Shown: in pieces, positions 26,833-35,801 of the stretch
Layout: each line of letters begins with the position of its first letter
Numbering within the stretch: the first letter of the stretch is position 1
IMG/VR virus record: IMGVR_UViG_3300009506_000006
Coordinates: 1 to 40,170 of that record
Strand: one strand, 5' to 3'
Source of the DNA: a virus
Length of the DNA: 40,170 nucleotides
The notes under the pieces: generated by a model
The model's input: only the letters and a program-made list of their open reading frames with translations
What the model was told of the DNA's origin: nothing
Databases searched by the model: none
Program-made: the position numbers and the translations under genes

Positions 26833-28530
26833 TTAATAATGACTCGTCACCCAAGCCTGATACTCAGGCTCTTCGGGTGGTGGTGGCAGTGGTGGCAGTG
26901 GTGGTACTTGCGGCTGCTGCTTGGCTGCTTTATCCCGGGCGGTGAACCAGGCTTCCCGGATCAGCTCGAACTCGTTATCCGAAGGCCGATCTTTGAGAGG
27001 CTGGCCTTTGAGATCGCAACCAGTTTTCCTGGCATTGATGATCCAGGCGGCTGCGAACTTGATCTTGGACGCTGGGAGATTTCGCAGCCGTGATATTAGC
27101 GCACGGGCAGTACCGGGTTTATCGACGACTACCGACTGCGTAAGCCGGAACTCTCTATCGGGATACTGAGCTGCCTGCTGCCGGTTGGTCGTTAGCCAGA
27201 CCGTGTTAGCACGCAGCTGCGGCTTGTGCATGGCGGCTTGCGCTGCGTGGATCAGCGCGATTTTGCACCGGCGATATTCCCAGCGCCAGAAATTGAGCTG
27301 TTTGAGTGACTGGCGCTCATGTTCACTCCAGCCTCCAGCTGGTGTGCGCACCCAGGAGCGGGTAAGCTTCTGAGCAAAGACGAGCTGGCCGAATTTCTTC
27401 AGCCGGACCAAGCTGTCCTCACTACGCAGCTGGCGGATTACCTCCTGGAACCTGCGCGTGCAGGATTTCAGATGAGCGTCCTCTGCCTTGTTATCGTCCT
27501 GGTTGATCCGGGCGTAGCGGAACAGGTCCGGGGTACCGAAACCACGGTCAAGGACGAACTTGCCGTCTTCAGTGTGGAACCCATACGACTCGAACACCGC
27601 CGCAACATCGTGCTCCAACATTGCGGGTACCGGATCGGCCGCTAGCATCTGCAACTGCCGTTTCGTCAGACGCTGCCAAGCCTGCTCGAGGTCTTCGATG
27701 TCGTTAATAACGATGTCGTCCCAGGATTCCGGGTCGACGTCACCGTCTGAAGCCTCGGTTTCGATTTCGTCCTCGGCGAACCACGGATTTTCTTCGCCGA
27801 ACGGTCGCAGATCCCGGATTAACGAGAATGGTTTCTCGTTCACGTGAACCTCATCACTGACGAGTTCGCCAGCAAGCCCTTCGAAATACGGAAGGGCTTT
27901 GTCGACCCCGCGTTTCTGCACCCAGCGGATAAATTCAGGATGCAGTCTTCCGGAATCGTCAATGATGCCGAAGAAGTCAATGAGATCTTCGGCTTGGCCC
28001 AACGTGCAGCTGCATTGGCGGGCGACGACTTCAACCCGCTGCAGCTTCGAAATCTGCGGTACGTTCGTGCCCGGACGCTGCACGTTGCCGCTGCCGTCCC
28101 AGCACTGTTCGAAGATCTGCCGATCGAGCTGACTGAGATCCGAACAATGCTCGGACATGCCCCAGAAGCCTTCACCGAAGGCTTGAGCTGCGGGAACCTC
28201 GCGAGCGTTTAACCGGGCTGCTTCGTCGCGAGCCTGGGTCCAGAATCTGAATCCAGCCGACTCGACTGACCAGCGGCCGCAGGATGGGCATGTCGCAACC
28301 ACGAAGTGCTGATCGCGAAAGATATGCGGCGCATCGAACTGCAAATCCATGCCGCATTTAATACAGACTTCCGGCGCGCAATTTTCTTCCAGCATGCGCC
28401 GGTTATCGTGGTTAAACACGTGGCCGTCCGCGGTGTAGTCCGGTGGCTCAGCTCTGTCGAATTCAGGAGCTTGGTAACAGTTAGGCGGAGCGGCTTGACA
28501 AAGCTTCAAAGATTGTCTATAGGAATTCAT
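26833..28530 (-). CDS. Large hypothetical protein with N-terminal Zn ribbon, acidic middle and Pro-rich tail
   Basis: 565 aa, CIKC...CPSC, SD GGAGG. Confidence 0.8.
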   Translation of the reverse strand: MNSYRQSLKLCQAAPPNCYQAPEFDRAEPPDYTADGHVFNHDNRRMLEENCAPEVCIKCGMDLQFDAPHIFRDQHFVVATCPSCGRWSVESAGFRFWTQARDEAARLNAREVPAAQAFGEGFWGMSEHCSDLSQLDRQIFEQCWDGSGNVQRPGTNVPQISKLQRVEVVARQCSCTLGQAEDLIDFFGIIDDSGRLHPEFIRWVQKRGVDKALPYFEGLAGELVSDEVHVNEKPFSLIRDLRPFGEENPWFAEDEIETEASDGDVDPESWDDIVINDIEDLEQAWQRLTKRQLQMLAADPVPAMLEHDVAAVFESYGFHTEDGKFVLDRGFGTPDLFRYARINQDDNKAEDAHLKSCTRRFQEVIRQLRSEDSLVRLKKFGQLVFAQKLTRSWVRTPAGGWSEHERQSLKQLNFWRWEYRRCKIALIHAAQAAMHKPQLRANTVWLTTNRQQAAQYPDREFRLTQSVVVDKPGTARALISRLRNLPASKIKFAAAWIINARKTGCDLKGQPLKDRPSDNEFELIREAWFTARDKAAKQQPQVPPLPPLPPPPEEPEYQAWVTSHY

Positions 28531-28627
28531 GGTTGAATCCTCCTAATTAGGTTGGGATGGTTTTAGCCGTGCCGGAGCCGGTGGATGAGACCGACTCCGG
28601 CAGTTCGATTTAGAAACAACAGAGTTT

Positions 28628-28780
28628 TTAATCTTCGTCTTCGTCTTTTTCAGAGTTGATGATGAAGTCGATATCGACGTCAGTAATGCGGGCGACGTCA
28701 AAGCCGACTGCTGCGAAGTGATCGGCTTCCACTTCATCGACCACAAAGTTGCCGGAATCAGTGAATACGATATAGTCCAT
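28628..28780 (-). CDS. 50-aa highly acidic micro-protein
   Basis: SD AGGAGGTGA; MDYIVFTDSGNFVVDEVEADHFAAVGFDVARITDVDIDFIINSEKDEDED. Confidence 0.75.
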   Translation of the reverse strand: MDYIVFTDSGNFVVDEVEADHFAAVGFDVARITDVDIDFIINSEKDEDED

Positions 28781-28806
28781 GGTATCACCTCCTGTTTAGA
28801 ATATAG

Positions 28807-28920
28807 TTAGATGTTTAGAACCATGATCCAGCCAACGAGGCCGAACATGGCCGACAATACAATCATGAACGCTGCGATTTCCCACCATCGCAGCTCGCAA
28901 GAGTGATGACGATGTCTCAT
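28807..28920 (-). CDS. 37-aa single-TM micro-protein
   Basis: SD AAGGAGGTGA; MRHRHHSCELRWWEIAAFMIVLSAMFGLVGWIMVLNI. Confidence 0.7.
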   Translation of the reverse strand: MRHRHHSCELRWWEIAAFMIVLSAMFGLVGWIMVLNI

Positions 28921-28945
28921 GATATCACCTCCTTTCAAGAATTGT

Positions 28946-29038
28946 TTATGGCAGCATCACAATGCCGCCGATAACCGCCGCCATGACAGTGATGACGGCG
29001 AGATAAAACCCCAACCAGTCAATCCAATTAAACTGCAT
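28946..29038 (-). CDS. 30-aa single-TM micro-protein
   Basis: SD AAGGAGGTGA; MQFNWIDWLGFYLAVITVMAAVIGGIVMLP. Confidence 0.7.
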   Translation of the reverse strand: MQFNWIDWLGFYLAVITVMAAVIGGIVMLP

Positions 29039-29080
29039 TGTGATCACCTCCTTTCGCAAATTATTTATGAATGAATACCA

Positions 29081-29519
29081 ACACACAAAGTTTGCCGATC
29101 CCCTCTGCAACTTTCTGCACGGCCACTACGGGCAAGGTTAGGAATGATTGCCGGCTATGGCCGTGCCTTGCGAAGCTCGGAAACTCAATAGTGGCCGGTC
29201 AGTAGGATTTTGAATTTAGGTGAACGCCAGCGTCGCAGACATCAGATACGCCGCCAACTCTTTTATTTGAGCGGCGTACCTTCGTTCACCGGCCTCAAAA
29301 AACACACCTTCTCACGCCAGCAATCTCTGATTGCTTAAAGTCTTTTTGGCTAGTGTTAGAACGATTTGGGTGAACGCGGCGGCCTTTTAGCGCGATGTTA
29401 ACGTGTCACAAAGTCTAAGTTTTCGTGGCCGGTTGTGAATGAAATGACATTAAAACCAGAGATGTGTTTTTTGAGGTGAATTCAAAATCACGGCTAGTGT
29501 GGGGGCGAGCTTTGTGTGT
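29081..29519 (+). ncRNA. Candidate large structured non-coding RNA (or ssDNA structure)
   Basis: Nested long helices 29081-96/29504-19, 29206-18/29477-89, 29219-26/29283-90, 29293-306/29463-76; mismatches are G-U on + strand. Confidence 0.55.
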
Positions 29520-29849
29520 GTGTAGCTGAGTCAGGCGTCGCCAACGTAGAAGATTGATGATTGTCAGGAGTTCGACGCCGACAAGGCGGCTTTCCTTGCT
29601 CAGGCTGCAAACGCTTTTTTTTTAAAGCAGCCTGAGTGCCGCCGACTCGAAGCATCCATGATGCAGATCCTCAACGCGCATGTTTTTAAAAAAAGATGTT
29701 TCTGGTTTTTTGATGCCGAGTTTGCTTTTTGAAATGTTGACCTGAAAGGTGCGGAATCGGGAGCTAAAGGATGAGTTACGATTACATACCGGATCGAGTC
29801 TGTTGTGTGGCTGATCCGCTATTCGGGGTCCCCTCTGGGGCAAACATAG

Positions 29850-29890
29850 AAAAAGCCTGGAGAACCATTGAGCTTGGTTCCGCAGGCTTT
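29850..29890 (-). terminator. Probable rho-independent terminator
   Basis: aaagcctg-gagaacca...tggttc-cgcaggcttt hairpin preceded by A run. Confidence 0.55.
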
Positions 29891-30068
29891 GGTTACTCGG
29901 AATTGCTTGTGTAGAACTCTTCCCAGTATTCGGCTTCGCCCGGTTTACAGGTCGAGTGATGCTGGATGGCTTCCCTGGTTGTAGCATATGCCCCGCAGTT
30001 GTTGCATTGCCACATGTCTGCATCGTCGATATAGGTGAACTCGCTGTCTTTATACATGACTTGCTCCT

Positions 30069-30686
30069 TTACTCGAACATTCGCTGAATTCTCACCGCTT
30101 CCGGCTCTGGGTCGGTAGTCATTGTCCTGACGTCTCCGTGTAGCTTGTACCAGAATTGAAAATAATGCACTAGCTCGTGAGCCAGGGTGTGCACCTTGGC
30201 CCGATGAACGGTGAGCATAACCGTATTGGTTTTCCAGCTGAACACGTTACCACGCTGATCTCCGTATGTGTCGGTATCTGTCATCTGGGCAAACTCCTCA
30301 TCCGAGAAGTCCTCAGCTATGCGTATCGATGGTTTGGGCACAGCCGGATCCGGTGTGATGTACATAATGCGCGCCACCATGTCAAACGTGGTGTCGATAA
30401 CCCACGGCTCAAACGGCCAAGCTTCCTTGAAATTCTGCTCGGTGATTTCGCAACAGCCGTCAGTGGGCCTGCCGTGGCATGGACTGTTTCGGTCTTGCGT
30501 GATCCAGTGCCACATGGTTTCGGACCCCAGTTGCAGCGGCCTGTTGAGCATTGAAGCCTCGGCTATGTCCCGCTGCATGGCACTGAGGCTGTTATATCGG
30601 ATGGGCTGATGCGCAGTTGCAATCCATGCGATCTGTACAGTTGCTGCGCAGAGCATGGCAATTAGATATACAACTAGCGTTTTCAT
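30069..30686 (-). CDS. Membrane-anchored/exported protein with HExxH motif (putative metallopeptidase)
   Basis: Hydrophobic N-terminus; TLAHELVHYFQ and downstream EPEA. Confidence 0.72.
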   Translation of the reverse strand: MKTLVVYLIAMLCAATVQIAWIATAHQPIRYNSLSAMQRDIAEASMLNRPLQLGSETMWHWITQDRNSPCHGRPTDGCCEITEQNFKEAWPFEPWVIDTTFDMVARIMYITPDPAVPKPSIRIAEDFSDEEFAQMTDTDTYGDQRGNVFSWKTNTVMLTVHRAKVHTLAHELVHYFQFWYKLHGDVRTMTTDPEPEAVRIQRMFE

Positions 30687-30967
30687 TTTTCGCCTCCTTT
30701 AGCGAGGGACACCATCGAAGAATGAGATGGAACTTGCTCACTGTCTTCCCTTGACCCTGCTGTCCCCTCTTTCTGGTGTTCCTCGTATAACTTGTCTAGA
30801 TCCGCTTGCGCTTCACGACGCAGCGCTTTGGCTGCCGCTTGATCTCGAGCGGACGATTCGTGTGTTTCGATCCATGTGAAACGCTCGATTTTTTCTTGTA
30901 GATGAAGCATCTGACGCATGCGATCGGAGAAGACCTGCCTGCGCCAGCTGTATTGCACTGTTCCCAT
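30683..30967 (-). CDS. Hypothetical protein
   Basis: 94 aa, SD GGAGG, ATGA-coupled. Confidence 0.7.
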   Translation of the reverse strand: MGTVQYSWRRQVFSDRMRQMLHLQEKIERFTWIETHESSARDQAAAKALRREAQADLDKLYEEHQKEGTAGSREDSEQVPSHSSMVSLAKGGEK

Positions 30968-31312
30968 GGCGCACCTCCGATAGATATAAAAAAAGCCGAA
31001 ACCGCTGGAGTGCTTTGGCTGCTTTCACCCGTACAGCGCAGTAAAGGCTTGTGCCATATGTCGCACTGCACGGCGGTACTGACAGCTTTACGATCTCCCC
31101 TGGCTTCGGCTCTGATTGAACCTGATATATTTATGAGATTTATGAGACAGACTGTGTTTAAAACCTCACAGTCGCATAAGCGCCGTCCTCCTCCGGCTTT
31201 TCGTTTTCAGTGTTGCGTTTAATGGTTGTTGATGCTGGACGAGTTTTACCACCCAACCACGCGTCCCTGATCCCGACGACCCTGCTCGTCCGATAGATTT
31301 GGCGCGAGACTG

Positions 31313-31636
31313 TTACTCAAGCAATTTGATCAGCGTGTAGCTGTCTCGTCCTTGAAAACTGCGCTCCTGGCAGACGCCTTTGAAGGTGTCACCCTCTTTC
31401 ATACTTTTGACGGCGGCGGCAGTCTCGCCGAACGCCATCACCGGGATCCCTACGGAATACTTGATCCCGTTGAGTTCCCGCTCTTCGTTGACGATAAGAC
31501 GCACGTACTCGTTGCTGTTCTTATCGTTAGCGATGGTGACGGACTTGACAGGCGCCGTCACGAGTTTCTCGGCTGCATTGGCTATGCCGATCAATGCGAA
31601 TGTTGCAACCAAAAGCAAAACGATAATCTTTTTCAT
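31313..31636 (-). CDS. Exported OB-fold-like protein
   Basis: Signal peptide ending ANA; VMAFGETA...KEGD pattern resembles SSB-type OB fold. Confidence 0.75.
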   Translation of the reverse strand: MKKIIVLLLVATFALIGIANAAEKLVTAPVKSVTIANDKNSNEYVRLIVNEERELNGIKYSVGIPVMAFGETAAAVKSMKEGDTFKGVCQERSFQGRDSYTLIKLLE

Positions 31637-31701
31637 TTGAATTTCCTTTCTGTCGTGATTGTGCCCAGCCGTCGATGCGACAGCTGGGCTGGCTGTTTTG
31701 G

Positions 31702-32145
31702 TTAGAACGGGATGTCGTCTTCCGTCATGTTCGGAGCGGGTGCGTCACCGACTTGATTCTGCATTTCCGGCGGGATCTCCGGCAACGGCGCACGGTTGCC
31801 GTTGGGTTGACCCATGGTTAGCCTCGGGAAGGCCGTCATTACGATCTCGGTCGTATAACGGGTGACCTTATTCTTGTCTTCCCACGACCGTGTTCTCAGC
31901 TCGCCTTCCATCTTGATCCGGGCGCCTTTCTTGTAATCCTCGTGCGCCCCGATCATTTCGGCCACTTTACGGAATGCCACGACGTTGTGCCATTCCGTGC
32001 GCTTTTGGTCGTCACCGTTGGCGTCACGCCAGAATTTACTGGTGGCGAGCCGCAGGCGACAGACCGCGGAGCCGTCCTGAAAATAATGCAGTTCAGGATC
32101 AGCCCCCAGGTTGCCTTCAAGAAACACGAAATTCTCTCTAATCAT
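31702..32145 (-). CDS. ssb: Single-stranded DNA-binding protein
   Basis: LEGNLGADPE, TEWHNVVAF, GELRTRSW, C-terminal DDIPF; ATG at 32145 with SD AAGGAGGTGA. Confidence 0.96.
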   Translation of the reverse strand: MIRENFVFLEGNLGADPELHYFQDGSAVCRLRLATSKFWRDANGDDQKRTEWHNVVAFRKVAEMIGAHEDYKKGARIKMEGELRTRSWEDKNKVTRYTTEIVMTAFPRLTMGQPNGNRAPLPEIPPEMQNQVGDAPAPNMTEDDIPF

Positions 32146-32294
32146 ATACTTCACCTCCTTTCTGTATTGGATTTAACTCAAACTCATAATTAACAATTTG
32201 TTTTGAGTTTTATCTTCAACCGCTGCTGAGCCGACAGCCCCGGTTCCCGTTGTCCGGGTCCATGCCGTTATACTCGGGCTGAAGATTAAACTCG

Positions 32295-32732
32295 TTACAA
32301 AACAATCGGTGCTCCGTTCTTGATGGCAGACTTAGCAAGTTCGTCCGCCTTGCGAAGCTCTGGGGTACTGTCACGTGGCACCCAGCTGAAGTTGACCGAC
32401 CCGAACAGTTCGATCAGTACTCGGATCTCGTCAACCAGGTCCAAGTTCTTATGCGCGATTTTTTTGCCGGAGATTACATTGACCGCATATTGGCTGTCAG
32501 ATGTGACATTGACTTGACAACGCTTGCGTTTTGTAGCGTCGATTTGTAGCAGCGCCTGGCGAATAGCGTAGAGTTCCGTGCGGCTGTTGGTCTGCTCGCC
32601 AATCAGACTCAACGCAAATTCTCTTTTGTAATCTCCACACTGCAGTACGTAGCCGACTGCACCTGGCCCGGGATTACCCGAGCAGGAACCGTCGACTGTG
32701 GCCTGGATGATAATTGGTTTGAATGCCATCAT
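32295..32732 (-). CDS. rnhA: Ribonuclease HI
   Basis: DGSCSGNPGPG, TNSRTEL, SDSQY, WVPR, ADELA. Confidence 0.93.
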   Translation of the reverse strand: MMAFKPIIIQATVDGSCSGNPGPGAVGYVLQCGDYKREFALSLIGEQTNSRTELYAIRQALLQIDATKRKRCQVNVTSDSQYAVNVISGKKIAHKNLDLVDEIRVLIELFGSVNFSWVPRDSTPELRKADELAKSAIKNGAPIVL

Positions 32733-33191
32733 TCACCTCCTTAATTACTCTTGATGCCACCATGACAATGCGTGTGTTCCGTTTGCCAAGATTGCCAGAT
32801 CTTAGCGGCTCCAGGTCGGGGATAGCGGGTGAGGCTGCCCCGTGTCCTTGCCTACGGAAGCCCGGAAAGCACAGGATCATTGGAAGAACAACTGCTTTTT
32901 CTTTTGAGGGAACTCGACTGGGCAGGTTCAAGCGGTACGCGAAGCATCCGCTGGGTGCAGGGGCGCGGGCGCCCTGCTATGGACTGGGTGGCGGGTGGGA
33001 ATAGATCCGATCGTAATGATTGCGGTCGGGGTTTCGGAGTGCTGGACAGCGGGAGGAATACCGAAGTTGCGGAGCGGAGGTCGTTGATGCGTCACAGTAG
33101 TAACGGCTCCCCAGCTTGACGTCGCGTAGCTGGGTGCACATCATATCCCCCGCACCCTGTGGCCCCCTTATTTAGACCTACGGGCGCTGGG

Positions 33192-33389
33192 CTATATATC
33201 CATTATGGCATCTAAAATAAGTATAATGCCTGCAGCTACAGCTACGATGCCGAGGATCACGCTCATAGCCCTGAGCATTATCATCAGGTCTTCGAAATTT
33301 AACCCCACCTCCGTGATAATCCCAAACGTCGCAGCCCCGGCACAGATGATTACAAGCCCGGATATGATTTTGAGCACCTTCTTCCTCAT
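33192..33389 (-). CDS. Small two-TM membrane protein
   Basis: 65 aa, two hydrophobic segments. Confidence 0.65.
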   Translation of the reverse strand: MRKKVLKIISGLVIICAGAATFGIITEVGLNFEDLMIMLRAMSVILGIVAVAAGIILILDAIMDI

Positions 33390-33399
33390 AACGAGTTCC

Positions 33400-33555
33400 T
33401 CAATGCGAGACCCACAGCCCTAATCCCACAAGTCCCACCAGGCAGGCCCCAACGCTGGCGGCTGCGCTCTGCGGACTTTGATGTCCGAGCAAGACGAGCA
33501 CAACCACGAAAGCAGCTGCTATGAGCCAGAAGGCCAGAATCTCGATCTTAGTCAT
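33400..33555 (-). CDS. Small two-TM membrane protein
   Basis: Manual translation MTKIEILAFWLIAAAFVVVLVLLGHQ...LVGLGLWVSH, 51 aa. Confidence 0.5.
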   Translation of the reverse strand: MTKIEILAFWLIAAAFVVVLVLLGHQSPQSAAASVGACLVGLVGLGLWVSH

Positions 33556-33682
33556 GGTTCGCAGAACTTCTTCATAACTGCAGGGCAGCGGACGACCTCA
33601 AGCGCCGCTCAACACACATTCCACGCGCGTCTGGTGCGCCATATTGCCGCACTGTGTCGGCCGCCCACCGCACCGCAAGCAC

Positions 33683-33985
33683 TTAACTATTATCGTCTAT
33701 GCACGCCTCTGTGTACTGATGCACCGCCGCTTCGGACGCAATCATGAAAATCAGGTCCAGCAGGCTCACCTCGGCTTCCGGCGACGCGGCGCGCAGCGCA
33801 CTGACCAGCGCCGGCGGCACCTGGTACGGTCCGTAGGTGTTATAGCTCGCGTTCCAGTGCCCAAAGATCGCGTTGCAGGCTTCCTGCTCGGTATTGTAGC
33901 TGCTGGCGTAGACTTCACTGAGGCTTCCGCCTTCCTGGATGACAATCCACATCTCCAAATCCTTATCAGCAGTTTTTTCGTTCAT
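33683..33985 (-). CDS. Hypothetical protein
   Basis: 100 aa, SD AGGAG. Confidence 0.7.
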   Translation of the reverse strand: MNEKTADKDLEMWIVIQEGGSLSEVYASSYNTEQEACNAIFGHWNASYNTYGPYQVPPALVSALRAASPEAEVSLLDLIFMIASEAAVHQYTEACIDDNS

Positions 33986-34034
33986 AATGCAAGCTCCTGG
34001 ACTTGTTTATGCTATTTACAAGCCGTTAAACTTG

Positions 34035-34158
34035 TGTATACAATCTGTCTAACATTTGTATACAATTTGTTGCACTGATGTATACAATTTGTTGCACTGA
34101 TGTATACAATTTGTTGCACTGATGTATACAATTTGTTGCACTGATGTATACAATTTGT
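34035..34158. repeat. 22-bp tandem repeat (iteron-like) with TGTATACA palindromic core
   Basis: tgtatacaatttgttgcactga x4 exact (34057, 34079, 34101, 34123), partial at 34145, degenerate at 34035. Confidence 0.95.
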
Positions 34159-34418
34159 CAAACTTGTTCCACAGATCCGAATCTACAGAGAGTTGGGCAG
34201 AGAAGGCGGCACAGGGTGCAAGGACTTATTTATGGCAAACTTCATTTTGCCTTCTAAGCGTCCTCAGAGGCCGTAGAATCGACGATCTCTATTCTAAGAC
34301 TGTACCCCATACTGCCTATAACTAAAATCGCTTACGTGAGACGTCAGCCTACTTGTCAAAGACATATGCAGACTACATGAAATACGAATACAACCCCCTC
34401 ACCCTACGTCCCCAAAAA

Positions 34419-34598
34419 TCACTCCGGCATACGCGGCACAAACACAGCGTAAGCCATCATGGTTGACTGTCGCTCCGAAGTAGACATCATGTTCCAATTC
34501 TGACGAGCACGCTCTTCCGGCTCATCAATACCAACGAGTTTTTGAAGCTCGATGATAGCCTTGACCCCTTCGGGTTCAGAAAACTCTCTTAGCGGCAT
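34419..34598 (-). CDS. Hypothetical protein
   Basis: MPLREFSEPEG..., SD AGGAGG. Confidence 0.7.
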   Translation of the reverse strand: MPLREFSEPEGVKAIIELQKLVGIDEPEERARQNWNMMSTSERQSTMMAYAVFVPRMPE

Positions 34599-34611
34599 GT
34601 GTTCCTCCTTT

Positions 34612-34932
34612 TTATGATTTCCTGTTTTTGTGTCCCTTGCGCGCCCCGCCAGCCTTGCCGCTGCGACTGCCGATACGACCGCCATGACTGCGGTTGGTTC
34701 TTTTACTGACGAAACGTGTCTTGCTCTTCGCGCCGCCCTTGGACAGCGGTTTGGTATGATGCAGATCCTTGTTACTGGCAGTAGTCTTGTTCTTCGTGTT
34801 TTTTAGGGCTTTGCGCCTCGCTCTGTGCCGCGTAGCGTCGCCTGACGAACTGCCACTGCCAGTTTCACCGCGCTTTTTGGCTGTCTTGCGCTCCTGCTTG
34901 TAATCGCGGGTATAGTTTTTCCCTGACGGCAT
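34612..34932 (-). CDS. Basic HNH-like protein
   Basis: RDYKQE...RARRK...DLHHTKPLSKGG...NRS; start reassigned to MPSGK. Confidence 0.7.
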   Translation of the reverse strand: MPSGKNYTRDYKQERKTAKKRGETGSGSSSGDATRHRARRKALKNTKNKTTASNKDLHHTKPLSKGGAKSKTRFVSKRTNRSHGGRIGSRSGKAGGARKGHKNRKS

Positions 34933-34933
34933 A

Positions 34934-35224
34934 TCAAAAACTCGCCCAACCAAAAAAGAGATATTTATTACCGGGCATTTCAATACACCCAGCCGGCCCC
35001 CACTTATCGTCGATGCGTGGGTCACCATCGTCAATTAACTGCTCAGCGTACTTCACCGGTACTGCACCTTTTGGCAGCTCAATCATGATGAAATCGTGTT
35101 TCTCAGCAATCGTGCCCGTATAGCCGCCATGGCCATACTCATAACGCGCCGTATAAACCGCTTCGCTGAATGCAGCATCAGCCGTTTTGCCTTTTGATAC
35201 TGTAAAAAATGTACAAGCACCCAT
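34934..35224 (-). CDS. Hypothetical phage protein
   Basis: YGHGGYTGTIAEK...DKWGPA...FFGWAS; SD AAGGAG. Confidence 0.8.
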   Translation of the reverse strand: MGACTFFTVSKGKTADAAFSEAVYTARYEYGHGGYTGTIAEKHDFIMIELPKGAVPVKYAEQLIDDGDPRIDDKWGPAGCIEMPGNKYLFFGWASF

Positions 35225-35237
35225 ATTTGCTCCTTAT

Positions 35238-35314
35238 TGGTCGGGACGGATGGACTTGAACCATCGACCTCATGCTCCCAAGGCACGCACTCTACCAGTC
35301 TGAGCTACGCCCCG
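35238..35314 (-). tRNA. tRNA-Pro(TGG)
   Basis: Cloverleaf CGGGGCG/CGTCCCG, loop CT-TGG-GA, T arm GATGG-TTCAAGT-CCATC, A73, encoded CCA. Confidence 0.93.
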
Positions 35315-35489
35315 GTATCAATGTTCCCACAACATAGGACGCCGACTTAAAAGCTCATCGGCAACATATTCGGGCACCGGCTTCCAACCTCCGAAAACCA
35401 ACCAATACCACAGAAAAACCAATGGCGGCTTTCGCGAACCTTCATAGGATCTATTTCCTCCAGTCACTACTCACCGCCTATCATGGTTT

Positions 35490-35800
35490 TAATGCGAGGC
35501 GGGGATCGCCTTCCCCGCCTCACGATCGGTATCATCTATACCAGCAATTTTGCTCCGACTTGTTCCTCAAATCACGAATTTCATAATAAGCATTTGCCAT
35601 GTCCTTCCACTAGACGAATCCCCGATAAGATTTTTATGGCCGGGGATGCAGGATTTGAACCCGCGTTCTGACAACCAAAAATTCATGACTGAGTATTTAA
35701 TCGCCGGACTGAGTCTGAAGCTGTGGGTTCACAACGCTGAAGCTCACCTCCCGAGCTTGCATACTTTGCTTGCCCGGGGTTCTTTACGCTGACACCAAAG
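35490..35800 (-). ncRNA. YrlA-like RNA with circularly permuted tRNA-like domain
   Basis: T arm (35664-35648), loop-closed 7-bp acceptor stem (35647-41/35624-18), D arm (35615-35601), on a long interrupted helix; GC hairpin at 3' end; ends approximate. Confidence 0.8.
35493..35524 (-). terminator. GC-rich hairpin closing the ncRNA (terminator-like, weak U tract)
   Basis: GAGGCGGGGA-aggcga-TCCCCGCCTC perfect 10-bp stem. Confidence 0.55.
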
Positions 35801-35801
35801 C

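Noticed and set aside
28769-28778. Group I intron S-like motif GATATAGTCC
   Set aside because: No matching P7 partner; it is the antisense of the start of the acidic micro-ORF
29622-30023. 133-aa minus-strand ORF
   Set aside because: No clear SD, crosses a terminator-like hairpin and homopolymer runs; probably non-coding
34035-34158. Mini-CRISPR array
   Set aside because: Head-to-tail identical 22-mers with no spacers
35490-35800. Two-piece (permuted) tmRNA, or a simple tRNA fragment/attP remnant
   Set aside because: Acceptor stem has G3-C70 and G73 rather than the G3-U70/A73 alanine identity, a full D stem is present, and no tag frame was evident; both tRNA halves are present and perfectly paired, unlike an att remnant
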